This document shows positions 51,959-64,000 of a DNA stretch of 64,000 nt, piece by piece. Within the stretch, counting starts at the first letter, position 1. Each line of letters opens with the position of its first letter. The notes beneath the pieces are model-generated. The model had not been told where the DNA came from and made no database searches. It was given only the letters and a program-made list of their open reading frames with translations. The stretch covers positions 558,001-622,000 of the forward strand of contig OX597825.1 of the NCBI GenBank assembly GCA_951406725.2, in the 5' to 3' direction. The translations under genes and the position numbers were made by a program. The stretch is from Octopus vulgaris. Lineage: Eukaryota.

Positions 51959-53149
51959 TGCTAACTGGTAGTAGCCCCCCACCCCCAGGTTTTCACTACT
52001 CACTTCCTTTCCACACTCTCTAATCATACTTCTTTGGCAATGTCCTTCGAACCTGAAGGGTATGCCCTGGCATTTGCCACCATTTATATTTCTCTCTGCC
52101 TTTACTTGACCATCCCATTTCTATTCTGATCCCCAACCCCTATTATCATGCCCAGCACTTTGCCACCATCTCTATCCTGCTGTCTCCCACTCTCTCTTGT
52201 TCTCATGCTCTTCCCTCAGGTTAGGTAACCATGTACCTCCTTTGCAGCTGCACACCTGTTTCTGCCTCTCTAAGTCACAATAACCTTTCATCATCTGACA
52301 AGGAGGTCACCTCCTCCAATGCCCCCTCCCCTCTCAAAAGATTTTTGTTTGCAAGTTACTTGGTGACCCTGTCAGTGCAGGTGCCTCTTGAAAAGCATCC
52401 TGTCCACACTGTAACGTGGTTGGTGTTTGGAAAGGCATCCAGCTGTATAAACCTTGCCAAAAATGACCTCACCTGTGCTCATGCCACATAGAAAGCACAA
52501 AGTCCACTCTGCTGAGCGGATGGTGTTGGGAAGGGCATCCAGCTGTAAAAATCTTGCCAAGACAGTCACAGAAGTCTGGTGCAGGCTTCTGCCTGGCTGG
52601 CTCTTGTCAAATTGTTCCACCCATGCCAGCATGGAAGGCGAACATTAAGTGATGAAGATGATGATGATGTTTATATTTCACTTAGGCATGGTGAGACCAA
52701 TAACCAAATGTAGAACTCAGTATACACATGTTTCAAAATGAAGTGTTGGCTGAGTATAGAGCAGTGATAAGAAAGAGGGATGACAAAAGAATAAATGATT
52801 ACCTTATGAACTCCATTAGCTTACGGCTGTTACTGCTATAAGATGCAGTGGACTCATAGTTGAGTGCCTGAGTAACACCTCATGGCTTTATAGGGGCCTC
52901 GGATATGAAGTACAATTTATTTGGGAAAGAGTTACATTTGTCCCTGAACAACTCAACAATGGGAAAAGTCAATACAGATGTACATAAGAAAAGTGTAAGT
53001 TCAAAATATAATTAGATGCATTAGTGAAAATATATGTGCATGCACTGTGAGGCACCTACAGATACAGAAAGACACCTACACAGATACACCTGTATACAGA
53101 GTGCAGTGAATATCTTGTCTAAATTATGCAAAAAGGAAAATAACATTGA

Positions 53150-53652
53150 CATCTCATTTTAATAGTCATATTTACCAAAATTACATAAAAATATATTGAA
53201 ATACAAAAGAGTAAATGTATTCAATAAAATCGCCATTGGCTTCAACTCCAGACGACTTTGGAATCTCCTACAACTCTTCTATCTGAAAGTTTTGGTTTTG
53301 TTCTGGAGTTTTGTTTACACAAGGAGGTTTTTCCCGCTTTCTCAAAGGCTGTCATTACTTTCGAGACAGTACTTCTTGATACACCAAACATTTCACTGCT
53401 TTTGTTGCGCTAGCACCTGCCATACGAGCACCAACAATTTTACCTCTTTGAAAGTCCGATAGATCTGTCATTTTAATGAATTTTAATTAGCTTTTTCCGA
53501 TGATATCTTAAAAGAAACAGCAATTTTAGCAAAACATATCAAGCAACACTAATAATAAATCAAAAAATATAAAAATAAACATATTTTTGATGGTTTTATA
53601 GATATTTCAAAATTATGATGCTAGGTGTTTCCATTATTTTGTGCAACCCCTG
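53150..53652 (-). mobile_element. Internally deleted Tc1-like transposon
   Basis: TIR ta|caggggttgcacaaaataatggaaacacc; from ATG 53471: MTDLSDFQRGKIVGARMAGASATK then (frameshift) EMFGVSRSTVSKVM (HTH); C-terminal EANGDFIE remnant; left boundary approximate. Confidence 0.78.
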
Positions 53653-53670
53653 TATATGTATGTGTGTGTG

Positions 53671-53706
<36 letters not shown>

Positions 53707-53709
<3 letters not shown>

Positions 53710-55890
53710 TCATCATCATTTAACATCCGTTTTCTGTGCTAGCACGGGTTGGACGGTTCGACCAGGGTCTGGGAAGCCAGGAAGCTGCACCAGGCTCCAG
53801 TCTGATCTGGCAGTGTTTCTACATCTTGTTGCCCTTCCTAATGCCAACCACTCCATGAGTGTAGTGGGTGCTTTTTACGTGCCAGTGGCACAGGTATCAT
53901 AACTACAATTTCCATTTGATATTTATTTTGATGTTGATGTACTTGACTCAATAGGTCTCCTCAAGCACGACAGGTCACCCTACGCTCCAAGGTAAGCACA
54001 GCAGGTCGTTTTGCGATCCAAGGTACATTGGATGGGCTGTGGCTATGCAAAACTGGTGCATGAAGCAGCCCTGAACTTACATTACTTGTCGGGTCTTCGC
54101 AGTCACAGCATATCTCCAGAGATCTCGGTCTTTCGTCATTGCCTCTGTGAGGCCCAAGGTTCGAAGGTCATGCTTGACTACCTCATCCCATGTCTTCCTG
54201 GGTCTACTTCTCCCCCGGATACCTTCAACTGTTTGGGAGTGACACTTCTTCACACATCTCTCCTCATCCATCTGCAGTACATGACCATACCAGCGCAAAC
54301 ATCTCTCTTGCACACCACATCTGATGCTTCTTATGTCCAGCATTTCTTTCAGGGTGCTTACACTCTGTCGTGTGTGCACACTGACATTACACAGACAGTG
54401 GATCATGTTAGCTTCATTTCTTTCAAGCCTACGCATGTCCTCTGCAGTCACAGCCCATGTTTCACTACTGTGAAGCATGGCGGGTCGCACACATGCATCA
54501 TACAATCTACCTTTCACTCTGAGCGAGAGACCTTTTGTCAACAGCAGGGGTAGGAGCTTTCTAAACTTTGCCCAGGCTATTCGTATTCTAGTGGTGACAC
54601 TCTCTGAGCATCCACCTCCACTACTAACTTGGTCACCTAGGTAGTGGAAACAATCAACTACTTCTAGTTTCTCCCCCTGGAGTGTAATGGAATGTTTTCT
54701 GAGTATCTGTGGTGTCTATTGCCTCTGTGCATCTGCCGCACATGAAAACTATCTTCTCAGTTAATTTTCCTTTGATGTTGCTGCACCTCTTACACTGGGT
54801 ATATCTTATGGAGTTTCTACCTACACCTTTTCTACAGATCGAGCAGGGCCACCTGCCCGAGGCGGTGTGTGATGAGTTCACCTTTCTGCTTACTAGAACT
54901 TTGGTCTTTGCTACATTGACTCTAAGGCCTTTTGATTCTAAACCTAGCTTCCACACCCGAAATTTCTTTTCTAGTTCCAGTAGTGATTCTGCTATGAGGT
55001 TGTCAGCATAGAGGAGCTCCCAGGGGCAACCCATTTTGAATTTCTCTGTTATTGCCTGGAGGACTATAATAAATAGAAGAGGACTAAGGGCTGAACCTTG
55101 GTGGACCCCTACTTCTACCCGGAATTCTTCACTACACTCGTTGCCAATCTTAACCTTACTAACGGCCTCTCTGTATAGGGCCTGAACAGCCCTTATTAGC
55201 CATTCGTCAATCTCCAGTTTCCGCATTGCCCACCAGATAAGGGATGAGGGGACCCTGTCAAAGGCTTTCTCCAAGTCCACAAAAGCTATGTAGAGGGGTT
55301 TATCTTTAGCTAGGTACTTCTCCTGCAGTTGTTGAACCAGGAAAATGGCATCAGTGGTGCTTCTACCAGGAACAAAACCAAACTGCATCTCATCTAAGCA
55401 GACCTTCTCCCTAATGAGATGGACTATGACCCTCTCTGTGACCTTCATCACCTGATCCAGCAGTTTAATACCCCTGTAGTTATTCCTATCTAGAGCATCA
55501 CTTTTACCCTTGTAGCAGTTGACTATGGTGCTGCTATGCCAGTCATTGGGTATGACTCCGTTATGTACTACCTGGTTTATAATGTGGGTGACTAGGCCAT
55601 AGCCCACACCACCAGATGCTTTAAGCATCTCAGCAGTGATTCCTGATGGGCCAGGGGCTTTTCCTGGCTTCATACCCTGAATTGCTTTAACTACTAGGGA
55701 GCTGTCTATTGGGATAGCTGGTCCCTCTACTGGGTCAACATTTGGAGGGCTCTCCTCCTCCCATTCATTCTCCACATTCAGCAGTCTTTCATAATGGCTT
55801 CTCCAAACCTCTTTCTTTTTGAGAATCACTAAAAGCAAGTGCACCATCATCCATTCGAACACATTTCTCTCCTGTAACATCACTTGCAAA
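53707..55890 (-). mobile_element. 5'-truncated RTE-clade LINE (RT, PHD-like finger, C-terminus, 3'UTR, (GAT)n tail), decayed
   Basis: ORFs 54654-55889 (KAPGPSGI, NYRGIKLL, QFGFVPGRSTTDAIF, FVDLEKAFDRV, GVHQGSALSPLLF, LYADN) and 54077-54541 (LRWYGHV, RPRKTW); frameshifted, YADD damaged. Confidence 0.93.
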
Positions 55891-58410
55891 CAAAAATCTT
55901 TATTCTTCAGTCTGCACTTAGGAATATATTTTCCTTTAGACCTGCTGGCTGACTATTTTCTTGGTGCCAGTCTTTTGGCCTTGACACCAGAAATATTCAC
56001 TCTTTATTATTTATGAAACTTAAGGCAGCAAGCTGGCAGAATTGTTAGCATAGCAGACACAATGCTTAGTGGCATTTTGTCTTTCTTTACGTTCTGAGTG
56101 CCTTTCATCCTCTCAAGGTTGATAAAATAAGTACCAGTTGAGTGCTGGGGTTGATGTAACTGACTTCCCCACTCCCCTAAAAAATCTCAAGCTTTATGGA
56201 GAGGATTATTTATGAAAGTTTGTGCTTCTGGAAATTCCTGAGCAGCCCAGGCATGTCTCTCAGATTCAATTGTTTTCCTGATCTGGTTTTTCATTTCCAT
56301 TCATAATTTATCAACACTAATCCAAGATTATCCTAAGGTAATCCCATATTCCACTTCAGTGTGGCCTCTACACCCACACTAGTCCAACTTCACAGTATTT
56401 TAAATAGGATTCTTAAAATTCTTTGCATATTCAACCATTTCAGCCAAATATTGCTATCTTTGTCAGTTTTGGTCTCCATTCTTTACTGATTAACAAAAGG
56501 AATTTTGTATCATTTACTTGTTTCTGTCACTGAACTTGAAGGATTTAATCAAATAAATCGATCCCAGTACTTTTTTTTTAAAATTAAAGTCTGGTACTTA
56601 TGAGTCTCTTATGCCGAAATGCTAAGCTATGGGGATGTAAACAAACCAATACTGGTTGTCAGGTGTGGTGGCGAACAAACACACATATATATATATTAAT
56701 TTCCGTCTACCAAATCCATTCACAAGCTTTTGGTTGGCCTGGGGATAGGGCTGTGGGAGTGAACCCAAAACGACATCGTTGGAAGTAAATTTGGCAGTCA
56801 AAACAGAAATTTAGAGTTATTTCCCTTGCATTTTTAAACTCAATTTTTAACTCTTGAGGTTTTGTTAACTAAATCCCTTGGGTTCAAAGTTTTTCAAATC
56901 AGTATAATACTCGAATGAGACAGACGTAGCGTTTTCCACCATAAAAGCTATATCAATTTAATTATTTAACACCATTATTTAACTTATTAACTCAATTTAA
57001 CTTATTAACTCAATTTAATTATTTAACACCATTATTTAACTTATTTGTGATATTATTACATATGGTATATATTGATTTCTGATTTCGGCATAAATCCAAC
57101 AATTCAGAGAAGAGCGATTTAGTCGATGCAATCGACTCCTTTAAATTATTGGTATTACGTTTTGTCGACTCCGAAGGGATGAAAGTCAAAGTTGGCTTCG
57201 GAGGGATCTGAACTCAGATCGTGAAGACCCGGAACAAATGCCACAAGCCATTTCCCCCCGATTCCCTAACGATTCTCCCAGTTCACTGCCTTGCACATTT
57301 TGTTAAATATCACAGATTTAAAAAAAAAATCAAATTATTACTATTTTCAGTGTGAGTTCTGCGCGTTCGTCCCATCCGTTAGAAATAACAACCAAGTTCC
57401 CTCAAATGCACCTAGCGCATCTTTGTTATATCTCGACCTTCCTGAACAGTTGCTGCTTAGAATCCAGATCTAAGAAGTCCCAGATCTGACCTTTGGTCTA
57501 CAGCATCTCAACTATGACTCGTGTTTCTAAGTTTTATGTAGACGTATATTTTTTAGTGTTTGCTCTGGTTGTGATAAGGTGCGGTTCGAGGGAGATTTGG
57601 CTGCTATTTGCAGCAATGATGTTCCATTGGCTTGTGTCGTAATATGAGCCATTTCAAAGCATGTCTGAAGCCACACAATACGAATTCCTGTTTTTCGCTT
57701 TTTTTACTTCGAGCGACGGGAGTAATTCTGGAACTGACTGGCAGATGGAAGGGAGATAACTGACATTTTTTATTTCACCTTTTAGGAGAAAGTATCCCCA
57801 AAATGTTTAGATACAAAATAATTCGACTAAGAAGTGCAAATGCCATAAGTGTTTCTTTTATTTCGTGGTTGATCCGCTATCTGCCGATGTACGTTATTTT
57901 TCTAAACATTTACATTTGTCATTTATCCGTGCGTGCACACACTTTCTCTTCCTAAAACACTTTGCTTTTAATAAAATAGATTTATGTTTGTGGATCTTTT
58001 CGGTTTAAACGGCAGTTTTTTTCTAGCGGAGTCATATGAAATTGTCACCCATAATTATGACCCTAGTATCGATCTATTGCATTTCAATCTGGTTTAGGGT
58101 TAGAGGTGGGAGAAGGGTATGTTTTTTCTTCACAAGTGTAAATAAACCCAATCTGTTTCTCAAACGAGGGACATATTCATACGGCACAGAATGTTTTCAC
58201 CTCAATAGACGTCATTGATTGGTTGAAATTGCAGAAATTGAAGAAAAACAACAACAAATATCTTACATACTATAGAATTTTCTCAATAAAGCCATGAGAA
58301 AAAGATGTGGATCTTTTCCTTTTAAACGGTAGTTTTCAAAACAATTTCTAGTTAACTAAACTCTTTTAAACTTCGTATACTGGAAGATTGTGTCAAAATA
58401 AAACATTTTT

Positions 58411-58857
58411 TGTCTTGGCTTTCTTGAGAAAATTGTAATTTGTAAGTTTAACGTAGTTTAATTTTTCGAATTTTAACCAATCGATTGCCTCATTTGAGCT
58501 AAAATAATTTGCTGCGTCTAAAACTGAGACTACATCCTGTCACTAACCCTCACCCTAACCCTAACTCTAAATTTTAGCCTTTCGGTTTTTTTTTTCTTAA
58601 TTGTTAAATTAATTTAATTGTTACGCGTGTGTCTAAAATTATTCGTTTTGTTTTTGTTTTGAGTTTTTGCTTTCGTTTTTTTTTTCTTAAATTAATTGTT
58701 AAATTAATTTAAGGATAACATAGGCGCAGGAGTGTCTGTGTGGAAAGTAGCTTGCTAACCAACCACATGGTTCCGGGTTCAGTCCCACTGCGTGGCATCT
58801 TGGGCAAGTGTCTTCTGCTATAGCCCCGGGCCGACTAATTCCCGAAAGAAGCTTGTC

Positions 58858-58894
<37 letters not shown>

Positions 58895-59416
58895 TGTGTG
58901 TGTCTGTGTTTGTCCCCCTGGCATTGCTTGACAACTGATGGTGGTATGTTTATGTCCCCGTCACTTAGCGGTTCGGCAAAAGAGACCGATAGAATAAGTA
59001 CTGGGCTTACAAACAATAAGTCCCGACTAAAGGCGATGCTCCAGCATGGCCGCAGTCAAATGACTGAAACAAGTAAAATAGTAAATAACAATTAAGAAAA
59101 AAAAGACGAAAGCAATGGAAAATAATTTTAATCTAACAATTAAGAAAACAAACGAAAGCAAAAACTCAAAACAAAAACAAAACGAATAATTTTAGACACA
59201 CGCGTAACAATTAAAATAATTCTATAATTTTACAAACACGCTTTCCGTATATTCTGTATAAATAGCTGTTTACGTAAACATAAGTGACAGGATGTCGTCT
59301 CAGTTTTAGACGGAGCAAATGATTTTAGCTCAATAGAGGCGATTCATTGGATAAAATTCGAAAAATTAAACTACGTTAAACTTACAAATTACAATTTTCT
59401 CAAGAAAGCCAAGACA
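58411..59416. repeat. Long inverted repeat flanking a central SINE
   Basis: 58411-58545 inverts 59283-59416; 58612-58690 inverts 59135-59216. Confidence 0.85.
58723..59085 (+). mobile_element. SINE family 1, young copy
   Basis: As 36089-36487; other copies approx. 25620-25980(+), 26395-26705(+), 26898-27250(-), 56510-56770(-), 59420-59595(+), 60635-60990(+), 61160-61450(+). Confidence 0.88.
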
Positions 59417-62400
59417 GGTAGGCGGAAACTGAAAGAAGCCCGTCATATATGTATGTTTGTGAGTCTGTGTTTACGTACCCGTAACTTAGCGGTTCAGCAA
59501 AAGAGACCGATAGAATAAGTCCTGGGGGCGATTTGCTCGACTAAAGGCGGTGCTCCAGCATGGCCACAGTCACATGACTAAAACAAGTAAAAGATGAAAA
59601 CAATAACACTCATTGACTCCCGAAATGAGATTCGTGAATTTATTTGGAGCGGAGACTTTCGCTGATTCTGAATTTAAGATTTTTTGTGAATATATACTAA
59701 CCTAATTTTCTGTCTACTCCTTTGGATTTAATATGTATTGTGTATCATTGGGTAGTTTATGAGGCATGCCTACACAAGTGTAACTCCATCGACTTTGTTT
59801 CCTCATTACTTTTCGAAAAATGAGTATCTTTTCAATGACATTTTCTACAGACACCTCTCAGATGATGTAGTTTATGCTTATATCGAAATTTCATGTTTAA
59901 AAAAATTTTTTAAATTGAGAGCTCGCACACATACCGCGACATATATTTTACAAAACGAAACTTAAAATCAGTATCTATGTGTGTGCGTCCACTAATTTTC
60001 TTTTCTTTTCCACATTACCAGTAAATTGCGATATAATCGCAATCTGTATATTTGTAGAATAGAAGATATTTGTAGAAACTTTCAGTAAAAAAAAAATCCA
60101 TTGAGTTATGAGGAAACAAAGTCGTGTAGTGGAGGCACACTTGTAGGTTTACCTAAGATTGATTTATCATTAATTCATAAATTGTTAGGATCTTAGTTGG
60201 GTTTTTTTTATTATCTGAACTGTAAGTGATGTTTTAAAAGAGTATTTAAAATGTTCTCTTTGTTGTTTCATTATGGTAGACGTTTAGATTCAAATTACTG
60301 AACGAAACAGAGAAGCGGGAAATTGAATTTCAAAAAATTGCCTATGAAGTAAAATGAACCAAAGAAAAACAAAGTTGGGAACCCCTAAAATTAGAGATTC
60401 ATTGAGGGTTGAATGGAGTTAGCTAAATTAGATATGCATATTGCTGTAGTAACAAAGCCCTAACCCGTTGCTTTGGGTTTAAAAGAAATCTTAAAATGAT
60501 CGAAGCTTCATTAAAGTGCTATGTAAATATTCATGTTTCTGATAAATTACTTTCTCAGTAATTTTTAATCTATTCATGATAATATTTTTAATCATTCGGG
60601 TGCTTAAAAGTAATTATTTAAAAACAAAAAGAACAGGCGTGGGTGTGTGACAAGAAGCTTGCTTCCCAAACAGGATTCTGGGTTCGGTGGCACCTTGGGC
60701 AAGTGGCTTCTGTTAAAGCTTCGGGCTGACTAAAGCCTTCTGAGTGGGTTTAGTAGACGGAAACTGAAAGAAGCCCATCGTATATGTGTGTGTGTCTGTG
60801 TTGCCCCTCTCCCTTTCTTGACAACCAGTGCTGGTATGTTTGCGTCCTCGTAACCTAGCGGTTCGGCAAAAGAGACTGAAAGAATAAGTTCCAGCCTTTA
60901 AATAAAATAAAGTATTGGGGTCGATTCGTTCGACTAAAATTCTTCATAGCGGTGCTCCAGCATGGCCGTAGTCTAATGACTGAAACAGGGTAAAATGCAA
61001 TTATATTATAATTATAAATTTAGTCTGTAAAAAAAAACCCATTTTAAATACGTAAACTTAATTTGTCTGCATAAAGCGTGGTTTGGTATGATTTTCAGGT
61101 TTTATAACGAACATTCTCGGTCTACAACAGAAGAAGCTGTACATATATTATTAATATTGAAAGCTTGTTTCCCACATCTGTAGTTTTGGGTTCGGTCTCA
61201 TTGCGCGGCACCTGGGGCAAATGTCTTCTACTTTAACCTCGGACCAACCAATGTTTGTGAATGGAGTTGGTCGTGTTTGTGGCCGCTTGGCGACTGGAGT
61301 TGGTTTGTTTACTCCCCCGTACCTTATTCGGATAAAGATCGTTAGAATAAGAACCAGGCTTCAAGAAGAAGAAAAAACGAAAAAGTACTGGGGTCGATTT
61401 ATTCGACTAAACCTTTCAAAATTGCCCCAGCATGGCCGAGGTTCAATGACTGAAACAAGTAAAAGATAAAAGAGTCCAATGGAGAATTGATTTTAGGTTG
61501 GAAAATCTTTTATTTTCCTTTTTAATTTTATTTTGTGTGTGTATATACATACATATACATACATACATACATATATATTTCTTAGTTGTAGCGCACCTGA
61601 GCGCTGCATGCAACACTTTCTTTCATATCTTATTCTCTCTTTGATAGTATTTTTCTTTTACAACATTTAGTTTCATTGACGCTGATTTTTTTAATGTTGA
61701 ATTATAATAAAGCTGCTAATAACATGCAATAAATTGTATCCAAAACTGCCTTTTCTTGTGTGTGTAGCCGGGATGGGAGAAAATGCAGGAAATAAAGTTA
61801 AGAAACACTTGCCTTGAAGGTTTGTATGTGTTTTAGAAAGTCCTAAGCACTTTTAGCATCTTTTCGGGGGAATTTTGGATTTTCTTTTTCTTTTTTGTGT
61901 CAATGTGCAATGAAGCATTACAAAATATTAAACCTAAACTCACTTTTTTGTGACGGTTTTAGCTCTTTTTGTGTTTAAAGCGGACAATATTTTAAGGTGT
62001 GTTTTATATGGTTAATGTCTGTGATTTGTTTGATAAGTTGTTAGCTATGAATCTGGAAAAACTGACTTCTTCGTGATATAGGCTGGAATATTTGTTTTAG
62101 TCATCGACATTAAAAATATTGAATATGCTTGTCATGCCACAACACAATGCGAGGTGTTTTCAGTTTTCCTTGCTAAAATAGTGACCTTTTTTTCTGGACA
62201 CTTAACGATTATCGGACGAAGTAGTTGTGTTTTTTTTCTTTTTCTCTTAACTACTGTTCATTTTTGTTTTGCATTTAGTCAACATAAAGGTAGGCTTCTC
62301 TGATATGATTCCATCTGTCCTTTCATTGTATATAAGAAGCGTGTTTGTATCCTGCATGTTCCTTGTAACGTCCCCTCTATGCAAACCTTTTTATAGGTAA

Positions 62401-62448
62401 ATAAAGAAACATTCTCTGATATGATTTCGGTTCCCTAAGTTGAATTGT

Positions 62449-63324
62449 TTAAATATTTGAGAAAAGAAGCGTGAAACAGTAGAGCAAACCTTGTACTAAA
62501 TTAAGTTTGGCTAGTGTCTCAGGAAGTCCGATCATGTCAAATTCCTGTATGCGTTTGTAAAGCGGAACCAGAGTAAATGCAGTTAATGCCGGCAAAACAA
62601 AGAGCAGGTTACGTGTGAAAGCGATTATGAGTAGAAAAAATATGTAAGATGAAAAGAGCAGCCCTATCATCAGCTGGCGAGAAATGTGCTTTCCAAGTAG
62701 CATGGGTAGAGTGCGAATTGCTGCTTTCCTGTCAGCTGCTTCGTCTCTCATGTTGTTAGCGTGGAGTATGGCGACCGCATTGGTGGCCAGGGGCAGCACG
62801 AGGACTGCTGCCCTTCCGGACAAGAAACCGCTGCAGCTGAGGTAAGAAAACTCTGTTACTAAAGGCCCAAAAGTTAAGAAGATCAGGAAATCGCCCAGTG
62901 CCCTGTATTTGAGGGCTATCCAACTGGTGTAGATCAAACTGCTAACAACTCCCAGACTGTACAGAACAATCAAGGACAGATGTGAAGCCGGGGAATGGAC
63001 AACGGTGAAAGTGAGTGAAAAGAGAGAGCCGATGTAGCAAACGGCTAGCAATGATAACAGCTGGTCTTTGGTCAGTTTGGCATCGGTCAGGGTCGGGTCG
63101 TGTGTAGAATCTTTCTGATCGACACCATTTATGAAATCGCAGAAGGTGTTGTTCAGGTTACCAGCAGCGTGAATTAAAAGTACAGTGAATAATGTGTTAC
63201 AAATAAGGCACATGCTCGGATTGTGGTCGGGGTTAGTTAGGATTATCCCAACAATACTAGGGACGATAGATGCCGAAAAAGACCAAGGTCGGGCTGACAG
63301 CAACAGCTCTTTCAAAATCGCCAT
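62449..63324 (-). CDS. UBIAD1: UBIAD1-like prenyltransferase, divergent copy B, single-exon CDS, 291 aa
   Basis: ARPWSF, HAAGNLNNTFCDFINGVD, KYRALGD, TFGPL, AILHANNMRDEAAD, LAKLNL; uninterrupted ORF, ATG context aattATGg. Confidence 0.92.
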   Translation of the reverse strand: MAILKELLLSARPWSFSASIVPSIVGIILTNPDHNPSMCLICNTLFTVLLIHAAGNLNNTFCDFINGVDQKDSTHDPTLTDAKLTKDQLLSLLAVCYIGSLFSLTFTVVHSPASHLSLIVLYSLGVVSSLIYTSWIALKYRALGDFLIFLTFGPLVTEFSYLSCSGFLSGRAAVLVLPLATNAVAILHANNMRDEAADRKAAIRTLPMLLGKHISRQLMIGLLFSSYIFFLLIIAFTRNLLFVLPALTAFTLVPLYKRIQEFDMIGLPETLAKLNLVQGLLYCFTLLFSNI

Positions 63325-64000
63325 AATTCTCAGAATGGAAATGCTTTAGTAGTTCTCGCGCTTGAATTACAGTAACGTGTGTGGTTTTGTTAATAAAGTA
63401 TTCGTATATAATTCTCTGTCAAGGCCTTTTTTGAAATGTCTACTTATAAAAAAGTTGTTTTCGTTTTCGCAGCGACAATAATGTACCAAAGTGTAGTCTT
63501 TTCTAGTTTAGTTTATCTTTTTTAAAAACCAAACACTGCATGTCAGATAGATGCTGCCGGTTTTTAGATAGGCGAAATGGTGGTATTAAGCAATTATAAA
63601 AGAAGCTTTGGCAGGAAGAAATGCAGGGTTTATAAATAGTAGATCAGGAAAACGTAAATTCTTAAGAAAACTGTTCACCCTTGAAGTTTAGTCCTTTTTT
63701 TTCTCTGCTAAATAAAATCCAGTTTGTGTCTGTTAATTTGATTGGCCTTATTTAAAGAAAAAAATCACTTGTGACTTAATATAACTCTTTCAGACATTCA
63801 GATTTGTGAATATATCAAATCTACATGCGCAAGTCAATCCACCCGCCCCCCTCTCTCTCTCTCTCTCTCTCTCTCCAAACACACATGTTTCAGTGGAATG
63901 TGAAGTCTTACAGTTTCTTTATGGAAGCGTTGATAACAAGTTTGTTGCATATGGCTTCTTTAATCATGAAATAAATCAGAAAACGAGCCAACAAAGGCGC

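Noticed and set aside
54011-55011. Plus-strand ORFs of 180 and 100 aa
   Set aside because: Antisense shadows of the RTE ORF.
53707-55890. Active autonomous LINE
   Set aside because: 5'-truncated with no endonuclease domain, damaged YADD, frameshift and a partly deleted Cys finger.
58543-58570. Telomere or chromosome-fusion scar
   Set aside because: Only a few degenerate hexamers inside a repeat element.
58723-58800. tRNA gene (A and B boxes)
   Set aside because: No convincing cloverleaf; it continues into a multi-copy SINE body.
62449-63324. Horizontally acquired bacterial menA or a pseudogene
   Set aside because: Motifs RPWSF, HAAGNL, KYxALGD and TFGPL are of the animal UBIAD1 type, and the ORF is intact despite deep divergence.

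Overview
AT-rich, repeat-dense animal genomic DNA, probably an octopus judging from the SINE/RTE repeat families (inference). The left half holds the 5' part of a minus-strand mTOR gene. I reconstructed 14 GT-AG coding exons from the ATG at 32247 down to 209 (1894 nt, about 631 codons of N-terminal HEAT repeats, all phases compatible), and the gene continues off the left edge. Head-to-head with mTOR is a UBIAD1 prenyltransferase with an intronless CDS (43855-44799, +), the same arrangement as human MTOR/UBIAD1. A second, much more divergent intronless UBIAD1 paralog (62449-63324, -) converges on it. The most striking observation is that the vertebrate-like copy has His in place of the key Asp of the second Asp-rich motif (NNTRHMESD), while the divergent copy keeps it (NNMRDEAAD) but changes other conserved residues. 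The rest is tRNA-headed SINEs, decayed RTE LINEs with a PHD-like finger after the RT domain, piggyBac/Tc1/mariner/hAT-type MITEs, foldback elements, microsatellites and local tandem duplications. Comparisons to human sequences and repeat families are from memory, not from database searches.
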